A stretch of DNA of 64,000 nucleotides, from assembly GCA_964016885.1 (NCBI GenBank), contig OZ024741.1, positions 225,246,001 to 225,310,000 on the forward strand, read 5' to 3'. Positions 1-12,501 of the stretch are shown piece after piece (the first letter of the stretch is position 1; each line of letters begins with the position of its first letter). Under the pieces are notes generated by a model, which saw nothing but the letters and a program-made list of their open reading frames with translations, was not told where the DNA came from and searched no databases. The translations under genes and the position numbers were made by a program. Origin of the DNA: Eledone cirrhosa. Taxonomy: Eukaryota.

Positions 1-199
1 AATCCTTGTAAAATGAATTATGTATTTAGTCGGATATCTCTACGAATTCGAATAAAAGGTGTCTTCAGAAGGGATAGTTAGAAGAATAACCAGTTATTCA
101 ACCTGGCTGTAGTTGTGGCATTACTGTCGGAGATATTATTCATCTTAAATTTAATAATTAGTCTCCCACGCCAAAATATGCGACTGATCACGTTGATTG

Positions 200-231
<32 letters not shown>

Positions 232-511
232 TGTATGTATGTATGTATGTATGTATGTATGTATATAAAGATGTATTAACATATCATATAATGTATCGAT
301 GTATATTATATTCATGCTTATATATGTATGTATACATATAAAAGCACACTTACATACGCACCTCCACAGACACACACAGGCTCACAGCCCAAAGATAATA
401 CAACTTTAAACAAATAAAATAATGCTTACCTACGTGTATATATATATATATATATATAATTGAAAAAGTAGAGAATAACATGGTCAAGAGTACAAAAAAG
501 GGGATTTATTT

Positions 512-618
512 AGTTTAACAATTGTTTCTCTGATAAAGTTGTCTAAAAATTGCTGAACACTAGAAGCAGGGCCACTCAATTTCAAATACAATGCCAGCTC
601 GATCACTCTTCAGAAACT
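512..618 (-). ncRNA. Type I hammerhead ribozyme motif with extended stem II, in a (TA)n-flanked island (~460-690)
   Basis: Minus strand reads agttt-CTGAAGA-(long arm, tgatcgagctg/caactttatca pairing)-GAAAC-aatt-GTT-aaact. Stem I is agttt/aaact and stem III is palindromic. Confidence 0.7.
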
Positions 619-1100
619 GCTGCTGCTGTCATTATTTAGTATTCACAACTTCTAACTGGATTACCTATAACGATATTTTATTATCCCTTATATATATATA
701 TATATATAAGTTAAAACAATGAAATAAAAAATCAAGTCATTAGAGATATACTTCACTGCTTTACGATCGTTTCTAGGTGATGATAATACATTGTAGCTAT
801 ACTCCGTTATTGATCTATGTAAGGTTAGTTACAAAATATCAGATAAAGAGAATATTTACTTACATGCATATCACCCCAGAATAGACCCCACAACTTCCTG
901 TGGATACCTCTGTGTATATATATATATATATAATATTAAAGATACTATTTATGGTTATGTATATACTAAAACTTTTTATAGTTATATTTATTTTAAACAC
1001 TAAACAGTGAAGGTCAGTAATTTATTACTACCTTATTACCAGTAAGATAAATAGCTCAATGTAATAACATCAGTTGTTCTACAGAGCAGTTATATAGAAT

Positions 1101-1191
<91 letters not shown>

Positions 1192-1315
1192 ATCTATCTA
1201 TCTATATTCCTCTATATAGATAAATATATGGTTAAAATCTAAGCAAAAATATAGGGAATATAAAATAAATTGCTATAATATTATGCAATCCACTCAAACT
1301 ACACACTCACTCACT

Positions 1316-1352
<37 letters not shown>

Positions 1353-2019
1353 GTACACACATATATATATATATACACACACACATATATATATACACAT
1401 ATATATAAATATATGCATTAAAATACATTATGAACAAGAAAAATATTAATTTTGTTGGGAAATCTGGAAGAATTGTAAAATATTCTACCATTTCTGAAGT
1501 AAAATAATTTAACAATTTCCGAAAGAATTATTTACAAGAGAACTAATCTTTTATATTAGATTCTAGAAAGTAACGTTTTCTCCAATATTAGACTTTGACT
1601 GTTCGAATCATAGCTTTTACGGTACTCGTTAAATGTTATGCCCGTTTCATCGCTATTCATTTTGCAGAACTTGAAGCGGGAAGTTGTAGCATTTAAGTAT
1701 ATTTTTTAAATATGGACCTGGACGTTCCTTTTTAGTGTTTGTATTATCTTCACGTCAGCTCTGGTTGGCCAGAGGTCAAAGGCCTTCTGTGAACATTCCG
1801 TATTTTAAAGGTTTATCTATATTAACTAATATGACCATCATGTTTATAAGAGGTTTGGTTGTGATTGAGAGGGATTTGGCTGGTGTTTCTCTTCAACATC
1901 ATCAACCATATTCTCAGCAATTCAGTATTTTTATACCAATACAAGGCATTCAAAACTGCTTCGTAACTCAATTCACATATTCCGAAAGTAAATGTCTGGT
2001 GCTGTAATTAAATATATAT

Positions 2020-2460
2020 ATACACCAGGTCCGAACACAAAGGAACTAAACTCCCACTGTCACTGCCTCCGTTTCTTCCGCTCTCCCCATCTCCCACTAT
2101 TATTAGCAAATGGGGGCCCACGCGCTGGCCTCCCCGCGGCCCCGGCGGACAGAATAGAGAAGGCGTTTCCCCAGAGGATGGTGAGGGAGAGGCGCTGGAA
2201 GAGCCATTCCAGCTCGCGAGGCTCACACCTGCGTGTAGCCAAATCTGTGCTGGTGGTGGTGAGTAAGGAGGTGGTCCTTGGGCCAAGGGCACCAGAAGTC
2301 TCCACTGCTATGAGCTCGACCACACACCTGTCGGATAGCAACCGATATTTGGTGAGTTTACCCTCGTCGGCCCAAAGTGCAGCAGAGCCTGTGTTAATCG
2401 CAGACTGCATTAGGTTGCTGCTGGAGTATGTGCATTGGCACCCCTAATGAGGGGTTTACC
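2020..2460 (-). mobile_element. 5'-truncated CRE-like non-LTR retrotransposon 3' end (restriction-like endonuclease remnant)
   Basis: ORF 2060-2410 has K..KY..L....IAVETSG.LGP....PRE.EWLFQRLSL.I..GNA.SIL, preceded by GKPLI. It is a GC-rich island whose 3' end abuts a (TA)n. Confidence 0.7.
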
Positions 2461-2516
2461 ACCACAGAAAGATATTTTATTGTAAATTGTCTATAATATA
2501 ACACCAGACACGTTAG

Positions 2517-2731
2517 GGTGGTGGATTGGCAGTATTGGTAGAGAGTCGGGCACCATGCCTTGCAGCATAAAGTTACGGTTAACTTTGCCTTTCATCCTTA
2601 CGGGGTCGATAAAATAAAGCACCAGTAACGTACTGGGATCGATATAATCGACTTTCCTCTCGCCACGCCCCCCCCCCCCCCCCCCAAAAAAAAAAAAATT
2701 ACTGGCCTTGTGCCTATACTAGAAATCATTA
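2517..2731 (+). mobile_element. tRNA-derived SINE (B-box region deleted)
   Basis: A-box TGGCAGTATTGG, core GCCTTTCATCCTTACGGGGTCGATAAAATAAAG and tail CTGGCCTTGTGCC..TAGAAA are shared with about 10 copies in the window. Confidence 0.85.
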
Positions 2732-3339
2732 TAACACCAGGCAATACATCATAAGAATATTCCCTTCTCATTAAGAAAATATATAAAAATGTATGGTCCA
2801 TCCCATGATCTAAGGATTTCGTTTACCAGTTTAGAATTCTTCAAAATTGTTATAATTTCTTTCCATGCGATTCTTCCATACTTCTTCACATACAAATGTT
2901 TATAGATATTTTACAAATTCAAATCTAATTACTTAGAAATAACTTTTTTTGTAACTTTTATGCTGAATATGTTAGTTCTACTTAATTACATACGTTAACT
3001 CACAACAAAAGAGATTTAAAAACAAGTTTGTTAATTAAATTGTATATTATTTTTACTAGTTGACAGATGATTGTGAACATTCACATCAGAGTAAAGACTT
3101 TGATGTTTAATGCGATGCAGACATAGTGCTGTTTTATACGTTTCAAGAATATCTTAAGTGCTTTCATGTGGTACCATACATTCAGTTCTAACGAACATAG
3201 CTATTTACAAACATTGAAAATTAGGGATTTTGTTTTCATGTTTTTAAACTGTTGAAATAATTCATACAATCCTATCAGTGTTAAACTTCCCCTACACAAT
3301 CATTGAACAAATTCTCATCCCATGTTTGAATTCACTAGT

Positions 3340-3778
3340 ACAATAAAATAGCTCTAGGAAAGAGAGTTTTCCGAGCCATATATTATAATTGAATATAAAA
3401 GAGAAACGAACACAGACATATATGTGTTCAAATCGCAAGATACCAGATTCACTAAGGTGAAAAGAATACTAACTATAGACAATAGGGTTTGCCAGAATCA
3501 ATTTAAGAATAAATCAAGAAAATAAATACAAACCGGAATTGTGGTAACTACCAATCACCCAGACAGCTTTGGTAATGCTGTTTCGCAAAATTAATTGTGA
3601 AGAGGAATACCGATTCTTGCTCATCAGTGGGTGAAGATTTAGTATCCTGGACACTTCTAAGTATATAAAAAAACTGAATAGTGTGTGTATATATAATAAA
3701 GCACATGGTTTCTGAACGGCTCGAAAACTCTCTTTCCGAGAGCTATTTTATTGTAAGAGAATATTTTGAGTTTCTCTA
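3340..3778. mobile_element. ~440-bp element with terminal inverted repeats and an internal HHR (copy 1)
   Basis: Arm acaataaaatagctct..gagcc (3340-3377) is inverted at 3718-3755. A near-identical copy lies at 6018-6460. Confidence 0.8.
3555..3634 (-). ncRNA. Canonical type I hammerhead ribozyme
   Basis: tcaccca-CTGATGA-gcaaga..ttttgc-GAAACagc-attaccaaa-gctGTC-tgggtga. Stem I is a perfect 7 bp and the cleavage triplet is GUC. Confidence 0.9.
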
Positions 3779-3949
3779 TATATATATATAAATTTTCGCT
3801 TTACATAGCTATACTCTGTACAACACCATTCCAAACATTTCTATTTGTTTGATTTCCATCCTACATCCATAATTCTACAGCATCCATAACTACTAACTTG
3901 CTTCATTATCAATATCGTAAATCATTATATATGACTAATTTCTATTATG

Positions 3950-4278
3950 ACAGCGTAGTTTTGAGTTCAAAACCTGTCGAGGTTAGCTTAGCCTTTCATC
4001 TCTACGTGGTCTATAAAATAAAATACCAGTAACGCACGGGGTGGGGGTGGGGGTGATTTAATCGACTTTCCCCCTCTGCCCCAAATTGTTAGTCTTGGCA
4101 GTATCGGTAGAGGGTCGGACACCATGCTTTGACGCATAGAGTTACGGCCCTTGCTATTCTGTGTTCAAATCTCGCCGAGGTTAACTTTGCCTTTCATCCT
4201 TACGGGGTCGATAAAATAAAGTACCAGTAATGTACTGGATAATTGCTGGCCTTGTGCCAATAGTAGAAACAATTATTA
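3950..4278 (+). mobile_element. Two adjacent SINE copies (diverged partial plus near full-length 4095-4278)
   Basis: A-box TGGCAGTATCGG, B-box GTTCAAATC, and the shared core and tail. Confidence 0.85.
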
Positions 4279-4499
4279 CAGCGTAGTTTGAAAAGCTCGT
4301 TTTAGAAAAACTTCAAAGTCAGTGAGGCTTTTAAAAAATATACTTGACTTTATCTCGTGTATTGAATTCTTTATTCAGAGAGAGTTCGGTGTTGTTTTGT
4401 GAAATTAAGAAAAATCAATCACTTGCAAAAACTTTTGGAAGCAAGATAAAACGGCTGTATATATATATCCCCTTAACATTTACATTACTCTATATTTAC

Positions 4500-4677
4500 T
4501 ATTATATTTCCATAGTAAAGGCTTTACCTCACATAATTATCTCACATAATATCGAATCTATAAGAATTTGGTATTATTTATTTTGAGAACAATAACTTAA
4601 CATCAGTGTGAATGGCCAGTTACAGCCTGTTTGAACATAATTCTGGCCGGATATGGCCGGTTTAAATGCTAAAGGGA
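4500..4677 (-). mobile_element. piggyBac-like MITE end fragment
   Basis: Ends in GCTAAAGGG (reverse complement CCCTTTAGC). It is an inverted homologue of 61310-61500, which starts TTAA-CCCTTTAGC. Confidence 0.5.
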
Positions 4678-4736
4678 TATATATATATATAGTGACAATA
4701 AAAAGTCAGATTTGTAGCTTTTTATGAAACTTTATA

Positions 4737-4824
4737 GCATACTACAATTGTTTCGATATCGATCAGCTCGCTTTTGATCAATTGATCGGATGCCGACTCT
4801 TAATCGACACTTCTTCAGATATAC
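4737..4824 (-). ncRNA. Type I hammerhead motif with extended stem II
   Basis: gtatat-CTGAAGA-a-gtgtcgatta...tgatcgatat-c-GAAAC-aatt-GTA-gtatgc. Same family as 32120-32206. Confidence 0.8.
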
Positions 4825-4953
4825 GAGTTTACATGGGTGGGTCTCTACAGCCGCCTTAAACCAGGAGCACAACCCAGCGGGAGCCGGGCACCGTAACAGC
4901 ATTGAGTGCTTCGTTCAGCGTCGCCGCTAGTAACCACAAGTTACTCAAATAAT

Positions 4954-5435
<482 letters not shown>

Positions 5436-5534
5436 ATGTTGGTTGCTTAAAGCGTCCGTATGCGGTAGGCCGTATTAGCACTCAATGCTCTCGCAGAGTA
5501 TGATATCAAAGGAAAATCTGCTTCGTAGAATCGA

Positions 5535-5629
5535 GACGTATCCGATGACCGCGCGATTTCAGAGTCAGGTTTGATCACTATATCGATCGTGCCTCGAGCT
5601 GGTCGCCCGAGAAACAATTGTAATATGTC
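5535..5629 (+). ncRNA. Hammerhead-like motif with CCGATGA (U4C) core and extended stem II
   Basis: gacgtat-CCGATGA-(62 nt)-GAAAC-aatt-GTA-atatgtc. Stem I is 7 bp including one G.U pair. Confidence 0.65.
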
Positions 5630-5686
5630 CAGTAAATTCCTATCGTCGCAACACTGATTCTCTTTTTTCTGTGATATATATATATA

Positions 5687-5749
<63 letters not shown>

Positions 5750-5926
5750 TGGGCCGATGAAAATGAACCGGAAAAATCTTTACTTACCTATTACTACAAT
5801 ATTATATATAAATATGGTGTGTTACCTTTTCAACATATTGTATTTTAAAGAGCTCAGGATTTCTTCTCCTTTGAGCACATTATTTACAGGGAATTGCGAG
5901 GGCCTATGGCTCCGTTAATTTATCGT

Positions 5927-5979
<53 letters not shown>

Positions 5980-5996
5980 AAGGTATATATTGAGTT

Positions 5997-6459
5997 AGAA
6001 ATTCAAAATAGTCCCTTACAATAAAATAGCTCTAGGAAAGAGAGTTTTCCGAGCCATATATTATAATTGAATATAAAAGAAAAACGAACACAGATATATA
6101 CATATATGTGTTCAAATCGCAAGATACCAGATTCGCTAAAGTAAAAAGAATACTAACTATAGACAATAGGGTTTGCCAGAATCAATTTAAGAATAAATCA
6201 AGAAAATAAATACAAACCGGAATTGTGGTAACTACCAATCACCCAGACAGCTTTGGTAATGCTGTTTCGCAAAATTAATTGTGAAGAGGAATACCGATTC
6301 TTGCTCATCAGTGGGTGAAGATTTAGTATCCTGGACACTTCTAAGTATATTAAAAAACTGAATAGTGTGTGTGTATATAATAACGCACATGGTTTCTGAA
6401 CGGCTCGAAAACTCTCTTTCCGAGAGCTATTTTATTGTAAGAGAATATTTTGAGTTTCT
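5997..6459. mobile_element. TIR element with internal HHR (copy 2)
   Basis: ~60-bp inverted arms at 5997-6055 and 6402-6459. Duplicate of 3340-3778. Confidence 0.8.
6239..6318 (-). ncRNA. Canonical type I hammerhead ribozyme (same as 3555-3634)
   Basis: Same 80-nt sequence as copy 1. Confidence 0.9.
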
Positions 6460-6635
6460 CTCTATATATATATACATTTTCGCTTTACATAGCTAAATAC
6501 AATAAATGTAATCTGAGTTTTTCGAATATTGATAATAATATTCGATTCATTTGCAATTATGTAAACAAGCCTCATTTTAAAGCCATGTCAGTAGAATGAG
6601 CCCCTCATTCTTGCTCTTGTGTTGGCATGTAAACA

Positions 6636-6685
6636 GAACTGCGGACACTAATGTTTCTGGGTATTACCCTTCATCAGTAGAGTTC
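6636..6685 (-). ncRNA. Minimal type I hammerhead motif (left arm)
   Basis: gaactcta-CTGATGA-agggtaataccca-GAAACa-ttag-tGTC-cgcagttc. Stem I is imperfect. Confidence 0.7.
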
Positions 6686-6755
6686 CCTGTTCACCTGCCA
6701 ACTCCCAGAGCTAGTGAAAATATATATTTTCTAAAATATTTGGCAGGTGAACAGT

Positions 6756-6804
6756 GAACTGTACTGATGAAAGATATACCCAGAAACATTAGTGTCTGCA
6801 GTTC
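6756..6804 (+). ncRNA. Minimal type I hammerhead motif (right arm)
   Basis: gaactgta-CTGATGA-aagatataccca-GAAACa-ttag-tGTC-tgcagttc. Stem I is 8 bp and stem II is degraded. Confidence 0.75.
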
Positions 6805-6930
6805 TGTTTACATTCCAAGACAAGATAAGAACGAGGGGCTCATTCTACTGACATGGCTTTAAAAATGAGGCTTGTTTGCATAATTGCAAACGAATCCAAT
6901 ATTATTATTAATATTCGAAAAACTCAGATT

Positions 6931-7126
<196 letters not shown>

Positions 7127-7138
7127 TTAATATAGATG

Positions 7139-7189
7139 AGATTCTACAGGACTAGAACTGTTTCATTCATTAGAAATCATCAGGAATCT
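7139..7189 (-). ncRNA. Type I hammerhead ribozyme
   Basis: agattc-CTGATGA-tttctaatgaat-GAAACAG-ttctagtc-CTGTA-gaatct. Same family as 55569-55765. Confidence 0.85.
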
Positions 7190-7252
7190 GGGTATCAAAA
7201 AATAAAAAAATCTTACTTACTGTGGTTACCTCCGATTCAACCCGGAATAACG

Positions 7253-7283
<31 letters not shown>

Positions 7284-7352
7284 TATGAAGAGAGAAGAAA
7301 CATTTAGATATAATTAGTAATAAAATGTATCATACCTAAACTGCTCCTAAAT

Positions 7353-7442
7353 TCCTCGACTACGTAGTTTCGTGGCATAAACAAAAACAATATATCATAA
7401 AGATATAGAGTCCTTGCGAGGTCTGCCGTCTTATCAAGAGGA
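7353..7442 (-). ncRNA. Hammerhead with U3:A8 covariant core (TTGATAA) and extended stem II
   Basis: tcctc-TTGATAA-gacggca...tgccac-GAAAC-tacgta-GTC-gagga. Confidence 0.8.
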
Positions 7443-7947
7443 TACCTCATTTTACTAGTCTCAAGAACGCGTCTACACGACGTGAGAAAGAATCCCAAAA
7501 GGCGGAGGGGGAGATAGTCACGCGATATAACGGTCGAGAAACATAGCTAAGCCTCTTATAACCCCGAAGAAAATACCACGGAGGCGGAGGGGGTATTTAT
7601 ATCGAGGCCGTAGAAGAGGTGGTGAAGAAGGCGAGAAGTATGAGTAATGGAAGCTTTCCAGCTGTCCCCACACTTCAAAGATTGCTCGACCAGAGGGAGT
7701 TATTAACGATATATTTAGAAACACACAGATACATGCGGACACACACATATATACATGAATGCATCCGCACCCAACTGTGAGTTAAGGGTGCCAACTTCAC
7801 CGATGTTGCTCAATGAATGACTGGGACAGACCAATTCAGTTGAACTAGACTGAACCAGTATCAGAGTTAAAAATACATTATGAAGAGAGAAGAAACATTT
7901 AGATATAATTAGTAATAAAATGTATCATACCTAAACTGCTCCTAAAT

Positions 7948-8037
7948 TCCTCGACTACGTAGTTTCGTGGCATAAACAAAAACAATATATCATAAAGATA
8001 TAGAGTCCTTGCGAGGTCTGCCGACTTATCAAGAGGA
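7948..8037 (-). ncRNA. Second copy of the U3:A8 hammerhead
   Basis: Same motif 595 bp further along. Confidence 0.8.
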
Positions 8038-8569
8038 TACCTCATTTTACTAGTCTCAAGAACGCGTCTACACGACGTGAGAAAGAATCCCAAAAGGCGG
8101 AGGGGGAGATAGTCACTCGATATAACGGTCGAGAAACAGAGCTAAGCCTCTTATAACCCCGAAGAAAATACCACGGAGGCGGAGGGGGTATTTATATCGA
8201 GGCCGTAGAAGAGGTGGTGAAGAAGGCGAGAAGTATGAGTAATGGAAGCTTTCCAGCTGTCCCCACACTTCAAAGATTGCTCGACCAGAGGGAGTTATTA
8301 ACGATATATTTAGAAACACACAGATACATGCGGACACACACATATATACATGAATGCATCCGCACCCAACTGTGTGTGTGTGTATATATGTATATCGAAA
8401 CAGCCAGCGGGTTTGAAATTATAAATGTAAGCTATCGCCGTATTCTGTCTAAAGAAATTAAAGAAAATTATTTAGCCTCATAGTGGGGTTAAGAACCCTT
8501 GGAGAAATGGAAAAAGATGAGTATTGACGTACATGGGTGTCGAACCCACATCTTTGGTTACCCAGACCA

Positions 8570-8663
<94 letters not shown>

Positions 8664-8842
8664 ATATATATACGGGGTAACAAATAATAGTTATATGCAG
8701 TCCACTTAGGTGTAGGCCAGTTATGGTACTCTGGGTAGTGGATGATATCAACCACTTGGCTAAGTTTGACTCAACAAGGCGTTTCCATAGTGATGCTGCA
8801 AGTACGCTGTAATTCCTATGTTGTAAACACTTGGAGTAATAA

Positions 8843-9647
8843 TAAATCAGGAAAGAAGAGTGACACGGTGTGCTATACAAAAAAGGTTTTTAATCTAATT
8901 GCTGACAATTGTTTCTCTGAACTGGTAGGTCTAGAGATCGCTATCCGCTTATTTTCGCGTTACTCGATCGCCAATACAAAATTATAACCAGTCAATTCAT
9001 CGGAGCTTGCGAGAATGAAGAGAATATACAGGCACGAAAAGAATATACAGGCTACTGTATGTAGTAGTAATGGCATTCAGTTAGAACAATAACAACAATA
9101 TCAACAATGCTAGCAATAAATTATTTGAAATAATCAGAACATCAATCTAGGTGAGAAGTATAGTATATCTATAAAAAACAACTATTACGGCCAACTGACC
9201 TACATTGTTTAAAAACACCAGCTAATCTTTACACTAGATATAATACACCCTACGACAGTCTTTACATGTCAATTTTATACATCTGCCTCATGTCAGCTAA
9301 ATTTACACGCTAAAATCATAGATATACTATACTTCCCACCTAGATTGATGTTGTGATTATTTCAAATAATTTATTGCTAGCATTGTTGATATTGTTGTTA
9401 TTGTTCTAACTGAATGCCATTACTACTATATATAGTAGCCTGTATATTCTTTTCATGCCTGTATATTCTCTTCATTCTCGCAAGCTACGGTGAATTGACT
9501 GGTTATAACTTTGTATTGGCGATCAAGTAACGCGAAAATAAGCGGATAGCGATCTCTAGACCTACCAGTTCAGAGAAACAATTGTCAGCAATTAGATTAA
9601 AAACCTTTTTTGTATAGCAAACCGTGTCACTCTTCTTTCCTGATTTA
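8843..9647. repeat. Foldback with ~330-bp arms and ~145-bp spacer
   Basis: 8843-9172 is the reverse complement of ~9317-9647. The right arm abuts a (TA)n. Confidence 0.95.
8901..9006 (-). ncRNA. Hammerhead-like motif with CCGATGA core and extended stem II; mirror copy at 9484-9589 (+) has a decayed core
   Basis: gct-CCGATGA-at-tgactggt...accagttca-ga-GAAAC-aatt-GTC-agc. Confidence 0.6.
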
Positions 9648-9649
9648 TG

Positions 9650-9864
<215 letters not shown>

Positions 9865-9899
9865 GTATATATATTTATATATATATATGTATATGTATA

Positions 9900-9977
<78 letters not shown>

Positions 9978-10197
9978 AATATAAGTATGTAAACGTACAT
10001 ACATATATGTATACAGACGTACAGTAGTATGTATATATATATATACATACATGCACACAAATATATATATATATATGTACGTATGGATTCACCGAACATT
10101 TATTATAATGCTCGGTGTGTTTGTAAACAAACACCCTGTATTAAGCCGTAGTGTCCAGCAACCATCGTTGCTCGTTTGTTCAACACTGACAAAGGAA

Positions 10198-10238
10198 CGC
10201 TGTACTAGTTTCAAGCTTATTAGCTATCGTCAGCAACG
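10198..10238 (-). ncRNA. Minimal PLE-type hammerhead
   Basis: cgttg-CTGACGA-t-agct-aata-agct-t-GAAAC-ta-GTA-cagcg. Confidence 0.85.
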
Positions 10239-10485
10239 TATACCTTCCTGCCAGATTGTTGAACGTATATACTTACCTTATGCATATTAACGGCTGAGTA
10301 GCCCAATTTGCATATTTAAGTAACAGCCGTACTAAGAGTGGGAAATGAAATTTCGTTTCATTTTTTCCGTTTATCGTTTTCGGTGCACCCGGCCGATTAA
10401 CCCACTCGATATGCAAATTGGGCTACTCAGCCGTTAATATGCATAAGGTAAGTATATACGTTCAACAATCTGTCAGGAAGGTATA

Positions 10486-10518
10486 CGTTGCTGACGATAG
10501 CTTGAAACTAGTACAGCG
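10486..10518 (+). ncRNA. Minimal hammerhead, mirror copy with stem II deleted
   Basis: cgttg-CTGACGA-tagctt-GAAAC-ta-GTA-cagcg. Confidence 0.7.
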
Positions 10519-10910
10519 TTCCTTTGTCAGTGTTGAACAAACGAGCAACGATGGTTGCCGGACACTACGGCTTAATACGGGATGTTTGTTTACAAACACA
10601 CCGAGCATTATAATAAATGTTCGGTGAATCCATACGTACATATATATATGTGTGCATGTATGTATATATATATACATACTACTGTACGTCTGTATACATA
10701 TATGTATGTACGTGTACATACTTATATTTAAATAACAGCCGTACTAAGAGTGGGAAATGAAATATCGTTTCATTTTTTCCGTTTATATATATATGTATAT
10801 GTATATATATATGTATATATATGTATATATATGTATATATATATATATGTATATATAATATTAATTCAAACTATTAACTAAAATAGACATTCGTGTGATC
10901 AAGTATATTT

Positions 10911-10970
10911 TATTTTACATATTTCAGAGGTACTGAGCTATCTTCAACAGTACGTCCTCATCAGATAAAA
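10911..10970 (-). ncRNA. Slightly decayed hammerhead motif
   Basis: CTGATGA-ggac-gtactg...cagtac-ctct-GAAAT-at-GTA. Stem I is imperfect. Confidence 0.5.
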
Positions 10971-12179
10971 TAAGATGATACATGACATACCCTGACTAAG
11001 TAGATGGTTAAAATTCAGTCATGGCAGTGAATAAGACATGACAAAACTCAATATTTATATACCTTTAGATTGAGACATGAACAAATTACATATAATACAG
11101 AGTGTGCGTGTGAGAAAGCTTATAAAGATTCATAATAATAAACAACTACTAATATAATGCAAACTTACATAACTGTTAGAGATTCAAATAATTTAAATTA
11201 TTGAAGAAAGAAGAAGTGAAAGACAGAGAGAGAAACAGCTGAGGAAAAAGAGAGTTACTAGAAGTATAGAAGTATCTTATGCACGAAAGCAAAAGAAAAT
11301 TGAATAAGGATAGAGAGACGAGGATAAAATAATGTTTATAGTCTAAAACACAGGGAGGGAGATTTGTATTTGTATGGATAAACAGCGTATAATTAGATAA
11401 TGCAAAAATATATATATAAATAAATATATATTTGGGCATAGCTTTGTGAATGAATAATTTCGAATCGTTAAATTATCTAGAAATAATCAATCAATCAAAA
11501 TATCAAATATATCTGGGTGTAGTTAACTGAGGGTTTATTTTCGAGTCCTTAAGTTAATTAGAAATAGACTATTAATCAATTATATATATCCCAACGTATC
11601 CGGATGACCGTTAAATTTCAAATCTTTATGTTAGTTCAAAATAGTGAATTAATCTAAAGGCATGATATTTCAGGCTATACAATTTATAAGTATTTATATT
11701 ATAGTATAATATCATATTTAAAGTATTTGTAAACATGAGAAAGAAGAGACGTAATATTTTCTTCATCCCGAAGGTAATCCAAATTAAATTATATTAAAAA
11801 AATTTTATATTAAAGAGATTTTATATTAAAAAATAATTATTATATAATTTAGAAAGTAATTACGATTACAACTTTAAAAATTAAAAATTAAAAATTAGAA
11901 TGCCCTTAATTATCCAAAGGCCTTATAATTATACTTAAAAAGGATATTATTAAACTAGATATACGCATTTGTCTAAATTTATACAAAGAGTACATTGTTT
12001 AAAGTTTAAGACGATATTAGTCAGTTATATATAATATAATAAATAAATTACTGTTAATAGTGTTAAAAATAAGGTTTTACGTCAATTATTATATTAAAAA
12101 ATTATTCAACTAGGATCATGTAATACATATATACTATAAATATACAAATCAAACTTCATGAATCCTAAAAAAACCTCAC

Positions 12180-12210
<31 letters not shown>

Positions 12211-12311
12211 AGTTGAAAAAAATGAAAACGAAATTTCATTTCTCACTCTTAGTATGGCACTTACTTAAATGTAAGTCTGTATACATATATGTATGTACGT
12301 ATACATACATA

Positions 12312-12356
<45 letters not shown>

Positions 12357-12501
12357 GGAAGCAGAAAATTGCTTTTTGTGATCCAGTTTGTGGTTAAGAA
12401 AGCCAGTTTCATGGATGGTTTCACCGTACTGTTAGGGGTAACTCCATAAGTTTGTAATATTCCGTTCAATCTTGGAGTATAAAGTATAAAAGAGAAAACA
12501 C

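Larger units (their letters stand above)
7279..8374. repeat. Partial tandem: two ~500-bp direct repeats, period 595 bp
   Basis: Near-identical ORF pairs are offset by 595 (7304/7899 and 7518/8113). A unique ~95-bp spacer lies at 7779-7873. Confidence 0.97.
9975..10785. mobile_element. Foldback element of a multi-copy HHR family (also at 12210-12315, 31025-31410, 33120-33700)
   Basis: ~9975-10315 is inverted at ~10410-10730. The terminus CCGTACTAAGAGTG(G/A)GAAATGAAAT..CGTTTCATT is shared between loci. Confidence 0.85.

Noticed and set aside
755-850. Possible HHR on minus (GAAAC-gatc-GTA)
   Set aside because: The first box (CTGATAT) and stem I do not fit. It is at best a decayed remnant.
4262-4278. 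SINE tail AGAAACAATTATTA resembling the HHR GAAACAATTGT motif
   Set aside because: There is no upstream CUGANGA box or stems, and a short AT-rich match is likely coincidental.
5750-5790. CCGATGA...GAAAAATCTTTA as an HHR
   Set aside because: Stems I and II are too weak.
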